Below, piece after piece: positions 39,192 through 47,789 of a stretch of DNA of 50,938 nt. The DNA lies in contig JBGSTX010000118.1 of assembly GCA_041736305.1 (NCBI GenBank), forward strand, positions 1 to 50,938. Direction: 5' to 3'. The stretch is from Oligoflexus sp. GTDB lineage: Bacteria; Bdellovibrionota_B; Oligoflexia; Oligoflexales; Oligoflexaceae. The number at the start of each line of letters is the position of its first letter. The first letter of the stretch is position 1. The notes under the pieces are model-generated. The model was not told where the DNA came from and searched no databases. It saw only the letters and a list, made by a program, of their open reading frames with translations. The translations under genes and the position numbers were made by a program.

Positions 39192-39950
39192 TCAGGGGGA
39201 CGCGCTAATGCCTGCATCACGGGATTTGTGTCGAGAAGGCGCTGCGTATTTACTCGTGTCGATCTCAGGTAGTTGCCAGTCAATAGGCTCGACGCCATTT
39301 GCTTTGAGGTAGGAATTGGCTTGAGAGAAAGGGCGACTGCCGAAAAATCCGCGATGAGCCGACAAGGGGGACGGATGTGGCGCTTCCAATACAAGGTGAC
39401 GCCTGCGATCGATCGAACGACCTTTAGCCTGTGCATGCGAACCCCAAAGGAAGAAAACGAGATGATCTCTTTTTTCATTCAAAAGTTCAATGATCCGATC
39501 CGTAAAATGTTCCCAGCCCCGTTTCGAATGCGACGCTGCTTGTCCCTTTTCGACAGTAAGGACAGTGTTCAAAAGAAGTACTCCCTGCTCAGCCCAAGAC
39601 TGCAGATAGCCATGCCGGGCTGGAGGTATGCTGAGATCCTGCTTAAGCTCCGCGTAAATATTTACCAGTGACGGAGGAACGGGGGTGCCAGGTTTCACAG
39701 AGAAACACAATCCGTGCGCCTGTCCCGGGCCGTGATAAGGATCCTGACCCAGAATCACAACTTTGACTTGCTCAAAGGGTGTCGAATTGAGGGCGCTGAA
39801 GTATTCTGCGCCACTTGGATAGATGATCTTAGAGGCTGCAATTTCGCTACGCAAAAATTCCCTAAGTTTGATCATATACTCTTTTTCAAACTCTGGTCCC
39901 AGCAGTCTCTTCCAGCTCTCTTCAAGTTGTATGGCGGATTTGTTCGTCAT
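39192..39950 (-). CDS. ung: Uracil-DNA glycosylase (family 1)
   Basis: [26 protein letters not shown]. Confidence 0.97.
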   Translation of the reverse strand: MTNKSAIQLEESWKRLLGPEFEKEYMIKLREFLRSEIAASKIIYPSGAEYFSALNSTPFEQVKVVILGQDPYHGPGQAHGLCFSVKPGTPVPPSLVNIYAELKQDLSIPPARHGYLQSWAEQGVLLLNTVLTVEKGQAASHSKRGWEHFTDRIIELLNEKRDHLVFFLWGSHAQAKGRSIDRRRHLVLEAPHPSPLSAHRGFFGSRPFSQANSYLKANGVEPIDWQLPEIDTSKYAAPSRHKSRDAGISASP

Positions 39951-40237
39951 GAGCTTCCTCGGGGTGGGCCAAAAGATAAGCTGTTCAGCTCAGTCCAAAG
40001 CACGATCCTTCTATAACTGTCATTAAGCTGCCTGTCCAGTACCTGTCTCCAGATACAAAGTCAGGCTTTGCAAATTACTGTAGCGTAAGCTTTGGGTAAT
40101 TAAAAAAATACGCCTGTAAAATCTCCTGCAATCAGTGGCTTAGAGCTAGATTTCAAGCTTTCGCCTGCTCTGACTGATAAGACTTTAAGATCGCGACAAG
40201 ATGCTTAGCTCTAGAATTTACGGACCGGGAGTTTGCC

Positions 40238-40837
40238 ATGGATAAAAAAAGTGATACGCAAGAACGCTGCCTCGTGATTGACGACAACTACGATATTTTT
40301 TCGATCATTCAGGCCGGTCTTGCGAAACGGTTTGAATGTGTCTATGCAGCGGACGCATTTACGGCACAGGAAATATTCTCGGCTCAATCCTTTGATTTGG
40401 TGCTCTGCGATATCCGTATGCCTCATATGGACGGATTCCAGTTAGTGGAAGAACTGCAGAAAAAGCTTATCAAGATACCCATCATATTTGTGTCGGGCTT
40501 AATCGATTCGGACACGGTAAGGCAAGCTTTTCGTCTCGGTGCTTCCAATATTGTCTCCAAACCTATCGATATGAACGAGCTTATGCAAAAGGCTACGACG
40601 TCTCTTAGTCTGCGTGCCCAGAGACGAGAGGATGCGCAAGAATCCGATCAGGAATGGGGCTATATCTATAATCTTCTAAAAGCCCATTACTACGATATTC
40701 AAGGAATCCTCTATCAGATTCAGCTTCATCGTATTCCGATGGACATCATCAAAGATGAACTCGATAAAAAAGAGCGAATTGGCAAATGCTTTTTGGACGA
40801 CCCTGAAAATATCAAGTTCCTTGTAAGGGCAGCATGA
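40238..40837 (+). CDS. Response regulator (REC plus unrecognised C-terminal domain)
   Basis: LVIDD, LCDIRMPHMDG, FVSG, VSKP. Confidence 0.88.
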   Translation: MDKKSDTQERCLVIDDNYDIFSIIQAGLAKRFECVYAADAFTAQEIFSAQSFDLVLCDIRMPHMDGFQLVEELQKKLIKIPIIFVSGLIDSDTVRQAFRLGASNIVSKPIDMNELMQKATTSLSLRAQRREDAQESDQEWGYIYNLLKAHYYDIQGILYQIQLHRIPMDIIKDELDKKERIGKCFLDDPENIKFLVRAA

Positions 40838-40967
40838 CATACAATGAACGCTGACGAAAAAAATCAAAAGCTCAGCCGCAAGGATTCTTCCTGTCTGCAC
40901 CACGATCTAAGCATTGACATGAAGTCTCATTCGTATCAATTTTTGGGATTGAGCGACGAGGTACGGC

Positions 40968-41951
40968 ATGTCCATGTCCTGGCAAACCCCTGTCAAACTT
41001 GAAGCACTCGGTCTCCTTTCTCTATCTGAGCCTATACTCACGATGGGCTCTTGTTTTGCTGAGCATCTCGGCGATCGTCTGCTCCGTTATAAATGGAATT
41101 GCCTCAGCAATCCCTTCGGCACGCTTTTCCATCCCTTAACTATTTCACGCCTTCTCACGATGGTCATCAAAGGTGAAAGTCTCGCTAGAGATGGATTTAT
41201 CTCTTACGATGGTTCAACCTTTCACTTCGATCTTCCTTCGACCTTCTACGGGCGCGATAGCCGCCATCTAGAAGCGATTTTCAAAGCTACGGCAGCACAA
41301 GTCTGCTCCTTGATGGATCGACCCTTCTGGATTCTCCTGACACTGGGCACAGCTTTTGTCTATGAGAATCTCGAGACTCATCAGCTAGTTGCCAACTGCC
41401 ATCGGCAGCCTGCCGAACTCTATTCAAAGCGACTTTTGACTCTCGAGGAAATCGATCAATCGTTTTGTGAACTCTACGAACTCTTGCCTGAGCATGCTCG
41501 CCTCCTTTGGACATTGAGCCCGGTGCGGCATACCCGCGAAACTTTGCCGCTCAATATGGTGAGTAAAAGCCTTTTGAGAATTTGGATTCACCAGTGGCTG
41601 GAAAAGAATCCAGAGCGCAATTTCTACTTTCCAGCTTACGAAATCCTCCTCGACGAGCTTCGTGACTACCGCTACTACTCTGCCGACCTGATCCATCCCA
41701 GTGAAAGCGCAGTTGAAGAGATATGGCTGCGGTTTCAGGACCATATTTTGGACCCTGAAAGCCGGGACTTTGCCCGCCAGTGGTCGCAAATGCTGCGGAG
41801 GCTTGATCATCGACCCATGCGACCCGAGGCTCCTTCCTACCGGGAATTTCTTAGCGACTCCATTCAACTGCTTGAATGCTTGACCCAGGTAGACGTCAGC
41901 TCTGAAAAGAGCGCTCTGCGGGGACAGCTCAACTCGCTTCCTAGGGCATAA
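40968..41951 (+). CDS. GSCFA-domain protein (SGNH-like)
   Basis: MGSCFAE, NPFGTLFHP, TLGTA, VANCH, TLSPVRH, YFPAYE, DLIHPS. Confidence 0.9.
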   Translation: MSMSWQTPVKLEALGLLSLSEPILTMGSCFAEHLGDRLLRYKWNCLSNPFGTLFHPLTISRLLTMVIKGESLARDGFISYDGSTFHFDLPSTFYGRDSRHLEAIFKATAAQVCSLMDRPFWILLTLGTAFVYENLETHQLVANCHRQPAELYSKRLLTLEEIDQSFCELYELLPEHARLLWTLSPVRHTRETLPLNMVSKSLLRIWIHQWLEKNPERNFYFPAYEILLDELRDYRYYSADLIHPSESAVEEIWLRFQDHILDPESRDFARQWSQMLRRLDHRPMRPEAPSYREFLSDSIQLLECLTQVDVSSEKSALRGQLNSLPRA

Positions 41952-42010
41952 TCCGCCGTCCTTGTGGACTTTCGCTAAACTGCGCCAAAAAAAGCAAGTC
42001 AAATCAGGAA

Positions 42011-42038
42011 GATAATTGATATTGAAATTTATTCTCAA
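42011..42038 (+). promoter_or_regulatory. Fur-box-like operator upstream of bfd
   Basis: GATAATTGATATTGAAATTTATTCTCAA contains the 7-1-7 repeat TGAAATT-T-ATTCTCA. Confidence 0.65.
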
Positions 42039-42096
42039 GATTTGCTAGAAGAAACCCGATAAGATATAGGTATGCAGTGAAGGAGGAGTAAAAAGA

Positions 42097-42279
42097 ATGA
42101 TCATTTGTCTATGCCATGCCGTAAGTACGACTAAGTTAGAGAAAATGAAGCAGGAAGGCTGTGAAACCCTCCGTCAGCTCCAAAAGGAATGCATGGCCGG
42201 TAGCACCTGCGGAAGTTGCGTGCCGGAACTGAAAAAGGTCCTTAAAGATGCGAAGTGTCTCGGAAACCGTGATTCTTAA
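42097..42279 (+). CDS. bfd: Bacterioferritin-associated ferredoxin
   Basis: [10 protein letters not shown]...GSTCGSC, with a strong AGGAGG RBS. Confidence 0.92.
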   Translation: MIICLCHAVSTTKLEKMKQEGCETLRQLQKECMAGSTCGSCVPELKKVLKDAKCLGNRDS

Positions 42280-42755
42280 GACTTCTTCTCGTAAATCTGC
42301 TGAGAAAGATAGTTTGGCAGGCTGAGCTCGTTGATCAGTCCGAGCTGTGTTTCAAGCCAATCGATATGTTTTTCTTCTTCTTCCAAAATATGCTCAAAGA
42401 GTTCCCTGGTCGTCGGATCTTTAAGGTCGACGCAGACTTGGATTCCTTTCTTAAGACGGTCGACAGCGTCGTATTCGAGTTTCAAATCGCTTTCAAACTG
42501 CTCTTTCACCGTTTCGCCGATATTGATTTTCAAGAGGCGCTGAACGTTGGGAATGCCTTCGAGAAAAAGAACTCGGTCCATCAGTTTTTCTGCATGAATC
42601 ATTTCGTCAATGGACTCATGACGGACTTTGTCGGCAATCCGTTCATAGCCCCAATCTTTACACATACGGGCATGCAAAAAATACTGATTGATGGCCGTCA
42701 ACTCGCCGGTTAAAACATCGTTCAGGCTCTCAATGATTTTGGGATCGCCTTTCAC
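42276..42755 (-). CDS. bfr: Bacterioferritin
   Basis: GTG start 42755 ([12 protein letters not shown]), [30 protein letters not shown]. Confidence 0.96.
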   Translation of the reverse strand: MKGDPKIIESLNDVLTGELTAINQYFLHARMCKDWGYERIADKVRHESIDEMIHAEKLMDRVLFLEGIPNVQRLLKINIGETVKEQFESDLKLEYDAVDRLKKGIQVCVDLKDPTTRELFEHILEEEEKHIDWLETQLGLINELSLPNYLSQQIYEKKS

Positions 42756-42982
42756 AGGACACCTCTTATCTAATAGTCTGTCTTCGTCGCCGACCATACC
42801 TTAACGCAAGCTGATTCGTCTTGCCAAGGCGAAGAACTGCCCGAAAACAAAGCTTTCATGACTTTAAAATGGCAGAGCTCGAACTTGCAGCGCAGCCAAG
42901 GCAGCACGACTGCAGTGGTTTTGCTGCGATTATCGGTTGACTTTATTGCCTGCAGTTTTTATAGATTAAAGCCCAAACCTGT

Positions 42983-43056
42983 GGCGAGGTAGCTCAGATG
43001 GTTAGAGCGCAGGATTCATAATCCTGAGGTCAGCGGTTCAATCCCGCTTCTCGCTA
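42983..43056 (+). tRNA. tRNA with CAT anticodon, probably elongator Met; CCA not encoded
   Basis: Cloverleaf with acceptor GGCGAGG/TCTCGCT, anticodon arm CAGGA-TTCATAA-TCCTG, T arm AGCGG-TTCAATC-CCGCT. TTGACT promoter-like element at 42937. Confidence 0.93.
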
Positions 43057-43146
43057 CTCTCCTTTACACCGCAAACATTCCGGCATTTTTTGACGCTTGC
43101 TACTTTCATTAGGCAGCTCAATCTCTGCATCTCGTTTAGAAGCCAT

Positions 43147-43185
43147 AAAAAAAAGAGCGACACAGGTCAAAACCTGAGTCGCTCT
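43147..43185 (-). terminator. Rho-independent terminator of the GH5 gene
   Basis: Stem AGAGCGAC.CAGGT/ACCTG.GTCGCTCT followed on the minus strand by a T8 run. Confidence 0.8.
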
Positions 43186-43197
43186 CTGATCTTCAGA

Positions 43198-44613
43198 TCA
43201 AAAAAGCTTCGGGCAGCTTATTGCCGAAAAGAAGCAGGCTTCTTTGGAAGTGGCAGCTACTCCATACGGTGAATTTATAACTGTTTCTCCAAAATCCGAC
43301 AGGCTTGTCCAGTCCGCAGGATCTAGTATATCCAAGTCGAGGTAATTGTTTGAATTCCCCGAAATAGACCAAGCTATCGTGCCAACTTTAAGTGTTGAGT
43401 TCTCTGCTTCCTTCATGATTGCACCGCAGGCGACATTACCACGACTGCCATGCGAGCAAGCAAACTCGCCTACAACAAATGGCAACTTCTTGCTGCGCAC
43501 TGTATCGAAAACGTTTTTAACTGCGGCATCTGAATTGAAGACATCATACATATGGGCAGAAAGCATGACGTTCTTACGAGGATCGGCATTAACCAGCTCT
43601 GAACCGTGTTCGCTGTAACTACTAAAGTCTTGAGCATAACCGCGAAGATCGACCATGAAAACGTGCGGCAAGCTCTCCCTGAGTAATGGGATCACGCCTT
43701 TGTAGGCATCTACGAAATTTCTGGACTTGTCCCAGGTTCCATACCACTCATTAGCTATATTGATAATGAGCATGTCTTGATAGCGAATTAGGATCGACTT
43801 AATTTCTTCTTTAGATAGGTAAGCTACCATGTTTCGCAAATGTTCACGGCTGTCGGAGCCGGTGGCATTTTGCAGATTCAAAACGGCAACCAGCTTTTGC
43901 TTACGGATCTTGCTTAGGAGTTCTTCTAGTTTACTGGCTGGCTTGAAGTCTTTCCGCTCACAGCGATCTGCCCGCTCAAGATTGTCAGCGCACCAGACGA
44001 TGCGAACCGAATTGAAGCCTAAGCGTTTAATGAGAGGGAGAGATTCAACCGACTTATCGTAATAGTACGCTGCGGGAATATTTACTCCTCGCATAATAAA
44101 AGGCTTACCTGAAGGATCGATCAGTTGGCCTTGATTGATTACAAAGCTAAGTCCCTTGGTCGGCTGAATGGGGGTTGAACTGCCTGCTTTGCAAATACTG
44201 ATGGAAGTCGGATTCGGTCCGGCTACGAAAGTCTTGGTGTTGTTCTTTTTATCTTCGGGGCAAAGATCCGCCCCGAAGACAAGCTGCTTGCCTAAAAAAT
44301 AATCGAGGCGGATTTTGTACGTCCCCGGTACTACCTTCACATTAATGGTACTTTGATTGCGCAGAAGATTTATGGTTGGGACCTGGAAATTCGCGTCGCT
44401 TGATTGCATCTCAAATTCTAATCGATCATAGCCTTCAACACCAAGTTCTGCGATGGAAATCTCTGAAACACTTGACTCCTCGTCGGGGGAACTACTGGGA
44501 TTACAGGCAAGAAGCATGAGGGTTGAGAGAACGAAGACGCTGTTGAAAAGAAGCAGTCGACTGTGTGTGGGGGGTGGACTCAGATGTAAAATTCCGAGCT
44601 GGAAAAATTTCAT
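43198..44613 (-). CDS. Glycoside hydrolase family 5 (beta-mannanase-like), probable lipoprotein
   Basis: FIMRGVN, GFNSVRI, INIANEW (acid/base), SAHMYD, VVGEF (nucleophile), lipobox LLAC. Confidence 0.88.
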   Translation of the reverse strand: MKFFQLGILHLSPPPTHSRLLLFNSVFVLSTLMLLACNPSSSPDEESSVSEISIAELGVEGYDRLEFEMQSSDANFQVPTINLLRNQSTINVKVVPGTYKIRLDYFLGKQLVFGADLCPEDKKNNTKTFVAGPNPTSISICKAGSSTPIQPTKGLSFVINQGQLIDPSGKPFIMRGVNIPAAYYYDKSVESLPLIKRLGFNSVRIVWCADNLERADRCERKDFKPASKLEELLSKIRKQKLVAVLNLQNATGSDSREHLRNMVAYLSKEEIKSILIRYQDMLIINIANEWYGTWDKSRNFVDAYKGVIPLLRESLPHVFMVDLRGYAQDFSSYSEHGSELVNADPRKNVMLSAHMYDVFNSDAAVKNVFDTVRSKKLPFVVGEFACSHGSRGNVACGAIMKEAENSTLKVGTIAWSISGNSNNYLDLDILDPADWTSLSDFGETVINSPYGVAATSKEACFFSAISCPKLF

Positions 44614-45007
44614 AGGTACCTCAAATCATAGGGAGCTCAACCAACAACAACCAAGAGGAGATAACGCCCATAGAGGCAGCGCCAAGCCGCATCTTAGTCC
44701 CTTGACGCGTCATTTGGCTGCATCTTCGTTGCGCCCACCCGATTTTTAATCAACTATCAAACAGTTGACTGAGGTTTGGGCAGTTCCAAACTGCATAGAT
44801 TCTTTGCATATACAAAAAGGGTCTCTCGATCCTGGTCGTCGATTTTTGTTCACTATGATCGCACCCTCTAAGTGAACAGCCCCAATGGCTACATTTAAGA
44901 GACCCTGAAAAGTAAAAAAAATCGCGACCTTCTGTTTTAGTGTTATTAGACAAATAATTTTGCTAAAGCTAAGCCCGAATACTAGGGACCTTTCGCAAGG
45001 AATTTTT

Positions 45008-45706
45008 ATGAAAGCGATTTTACTAGGTTTAGGTTTGAATTTGCTGTTGTCGGGTGCTGCCCTAGCAAATCAAAACGGGTACAGCTTTATTTCTGTTCCC
45101 CATGAAGATGTAGATGCACACCTTGTTCCAGGCAGCGATAAGAGTGAAACCCCTGACAGTCTCCAGGGTCTTTGGTGGATGGATGGCAATCCATTGCCAG
45201 ACGAAGTAGTTTCCATGGCAGGCGCAAAATTCACCCCGGTGCTTGAAGACGGTCGAGTAGTTGGCCACGAAGCCTATCTACCGGTCTATGACGAAGGTGT
45301 TTGGACTTGGCATGATTCAAAGGAAGGTGAAGCTCTTTACAGCGCTGTTCGCAAATTTCGCCTGGTTTATCACATAGTCTTCAATACCGATTTCACCGAA
45401 GGGACCGTGTATCCAACTCTCGAAAAATGGCCCACCAATAAAGTGGTAGAGATTCCCGCTAGCATGCTTCTGAGCTTCACCATGAAGCAGGTTTCTCCTG
45501 ATGAATACAGTCGAGACAGTGTTATCTTGGGTCAGCCTTCTCAGTATCGTTTTCGCCGTATAGTCGATAGCCAAGGGCGTCGCCTACCTGTTTACCAAGA
45601 ATACGTAGCTTCGATCAAAGCCAGAGGCCTGACTAATGCCTTGCTCCCTGTCTGTCGCGATCCTCACCTGAAGTCTGATCTTCCAACTGTTTGTGCAAGT
45701 CGTTAA
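45008..45706 (+). CDS. Hypothetical secreted protein
   Basis: Signal peptide MKAILLGLGLNLLLSGAALA; no family recognised. Confidence 0.65.
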   Translation: MKAILLGLGLNLLLSGAALANQNGYSFISVPHEDVDAHLVPGSDKSETPDSLQGLWWMDGNPLPDEVVSMAGAKFTPVLEDGRVVGHEAYLPVYDEGVWTWHDSKEGEALYSAVRKFRLVYHIVFNTDFTEGTVYPTLEKWPTNKVVEIPASMLLSFTMKQVSPDEYSRDSVILGQPSQYRFRRIVDSQGRRLPVYQEYVASIKARGLTNALLPVCRDPHLKSDLPTVCASR

Positions 45707-45892
45707 GTCGAAGGCAACAGAGTTTTGAAACGGCCGAGCTTGGGATGAGCTTTAACTAAAAGTTAACTCGGCCAAGCAGGTCCCCCTTAAGCTACTATGC
45801 GGTTGAGACAAAATTCGTACTCTCCACACTAGTGAAAGCTGTATCTACTTTCTTATGCGATCATGTCGTGAAGGAAGCGAGGTCCCTAATTC

Positions 45893-46849
45893 ATGAAACA
45901 CCATAAATCGCTTATCGCGCTCACTTTTATCGCTGGAACCCTCATCTTCTTCTACTTCGGTCAGAACTCCGATAGACGATGCGAAGGCACCTGTCTCGGC
46001 GAAGTTGTGGCACGCTATGCAAAAGATAATTTTAAAATAAACTTTATCAACGAAAGCACTCAGCCCGGCGAGCCGGAAGAATTTTCGCGTCAGTGGCACG
46101 AGCTCATCCAAGGTGAAAAGCGTAATCCTGAAAGGCAAACGCTAGCAAAAGTCATCATGATCGACCCTAGTGTTCTCAGTACGATCTCAATAAAATCATA
46201 TCTAACAGAGTGGATCATCGTTAAGTCTGAAGACGATAGCGCGAGCGTAAGCTTTCAGGGCTACCTCGAACCTAGTGAATGGACGATAGATCCTCGAGGA
46301 CAAGACCTTTATATCGATACTGAAAAAAAAGGCCCGCTTAAGGCCGAGCTTCGCCTCCCCAAAAATTTTCAAGGCAATCTCAGTTTGGTCAACGAGAAGG
46401 GTGCTTTTCATGTCGAGGAATTAGCCAACACCGATCGCCTTAAAATAATTAACGTCGATGGCGATATCGTCGTCAATAGCAGTCCTCGTCGTGAACTAGA
46501 AATCAAAACGGTCTACGGAAATACTCGCTTTGCGCCCAAGCAAAACAGTGCAGATCTCGAATTGATTTTTGAGAGTGCAAGCGGAGATGTGCTTATCGAT
46601 TTAAGCTTGGCAGTAAAAGATGTAAGAGTAGAAACTCTAACAGGAGACCTTAAATTATTGGCCCCAGCCTCACTCGGCTGGAGCTATGAATTGGAAGGTC
46701 TTTATATTCGGGCTCGGGGTATCCCCGAACTCGACACCCAGAATATTGTTATGGGTTCGCTTCAAGGTACTTGGGGGCCTGAGCCAATGTCGCAGCTTCG
46801 CTATGAGACGCTTAAAGGAAACTTTCTGGTTCAGATAGAAGAAAAATAG
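45893..46849 (+). CDS. DUF4097/adhesin-like beta-strand repeat protein
   Basis: N-terminal TM, then repeated INVDGDI / KTVYGNT / ESASGDV / ETLTGDL units. Confidence 0.7.
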   Translation: MKHHKSLIALTFIAGTLIFFYFGQNSDRRCEGTCLGEVVARYAKDNFKINFINESTQPGEPEEFSRQWHELIQGEKRNPERQTLAKVIMIDPSVLSTISIKSYLTEWIIVKSEDDSASVSFQGYLEPSEWTIDPRGQDLYIDTEKKGPLKAELRLPKNFQGNLSLVNEKGAFHVEELANTDRLKIINVDGDIVVNSSPRRELEIKTVYGNTRFAPKQNSADLELIFESASGDVLIDLSLAVKDVRVETLTGDLKLLAPASLGWSYELEGLYIRARGIPELDTQNIVMGSLQGTWGPEPMSQLRYETLKGNFLVQIEEK

Positions 46850-46968
46850 CTCTCAAGCTAGTCTGTCATCTCAGAAGAAGCTTTTTTGCAAAAAAATCAT
46901 ACGCATTTTTCCTGTTTCGGACCGCAGGTAATTGCTATAGTACCTGTGTACCATAGAAGGACAGATGC

Positions 46969-47766
46969 GTGACGTTTGGAATCATAGTCTCTTGGGTTAT
47001 GCTCGGCATGGGTATAGCCACAATCGGAACTTTAGTCGGAGCTGGCGGCGGCTTTATTCTCGTTCCTATCCTCCTTTACTTCTTTCCCAACGAATCCGCT
47101 GATCATATTACCGGCATTTCCATGGCTGTAATTCTAGGCAATGCTGTATCAGGAACCATAGCCTACGCTCGTATGGGGCGGATTGACTTTGCTGCAGGGT
47201 GGAGATTTGCCCTGGCTGCGCTACCTGGTGCTCTGATCGGCGCTTTCGCCACAGCTCAGATCCAGCGGCATACCTTTGATCTAATCTTCGGGATCTCTCT
47301 TATCGGCATCTCCATTTTCCTCTTTCGCCGCTCGCAGCCAATACAAAAGGTTAGCAAGTCGAGCCAGACCGTGGCGCATGCGACTTTTAAGTTGAATGAT
47401 AGAGGCATGAAGATAGGCACAGCGATCAGCTCGGGAGTCGGGTTTATCTCGAGTTTCCTGGGTATTGGGGGAGGTATAATCCACGTACCGGCCATGGTGT
47501 ATATTTTACGCTATCCCGTGCATATGGCGACGGCCACCTCACAATTTGTTTTAGCCTGTACAGCTCTGGTTGCAGTCATCGAACATATCTACCTGGGTTC
47601 CTACAGCGGTTTCCTCACCCTCACTCTCGCGCTCTGTGTTGGGGCCATCATCGGTGCTCAGGTCGGAGCGAAGCTTTCAAAGCGACTCAACGATCGCATC
47701 ATTATGAAGTGTCTGGCTCTAGTTTTAATTTTGGTGGGAATAAGGACAGTACTGAGGGTTCTATGA
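46969..47766 (+). CDS. Sulfite exporter TauE/SafE family
   Basis: Duplicated GAGGGFILVP / GIGGGIIHVP and ATATS motifs. Confidence 0.9.
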   Translation: MTFGIIVSWVMLGMGIATIGTLVGAGGGFILVPILLYFFPNESADHITGISMAVILGNAVSGTIAYARMGRIDFAAGWRFALAALPGALIGAFATAQIQRHTFDLIFGISLIGISIFLFRRSQPIQKVSKSSQTVAHATFKLNDRGMKIGTAISSGVGFISSFLGIGGGIIHVPAMVYILRYPVHMATATSQFVLACTALVAVIEHIYLGSYSGFLTLTLALCVGAIIGAQVGAKLSKRLNDRIIMKCLALVLILVGIRTVLRVL

Positions 47767-47789
47767 GCGTCCTCGTACTGTCTTAGCTA

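Noticed and set aside
42983-43056. Initiator tRNA-fMet, or tRNA used as an att site
   Set aside because: It lacks the three G-C anticodon-stem pairs and the C1 mismatch of initiators. No integrase or duplicated 3' end was found. tRNA-Ile2 is not fully excluded.
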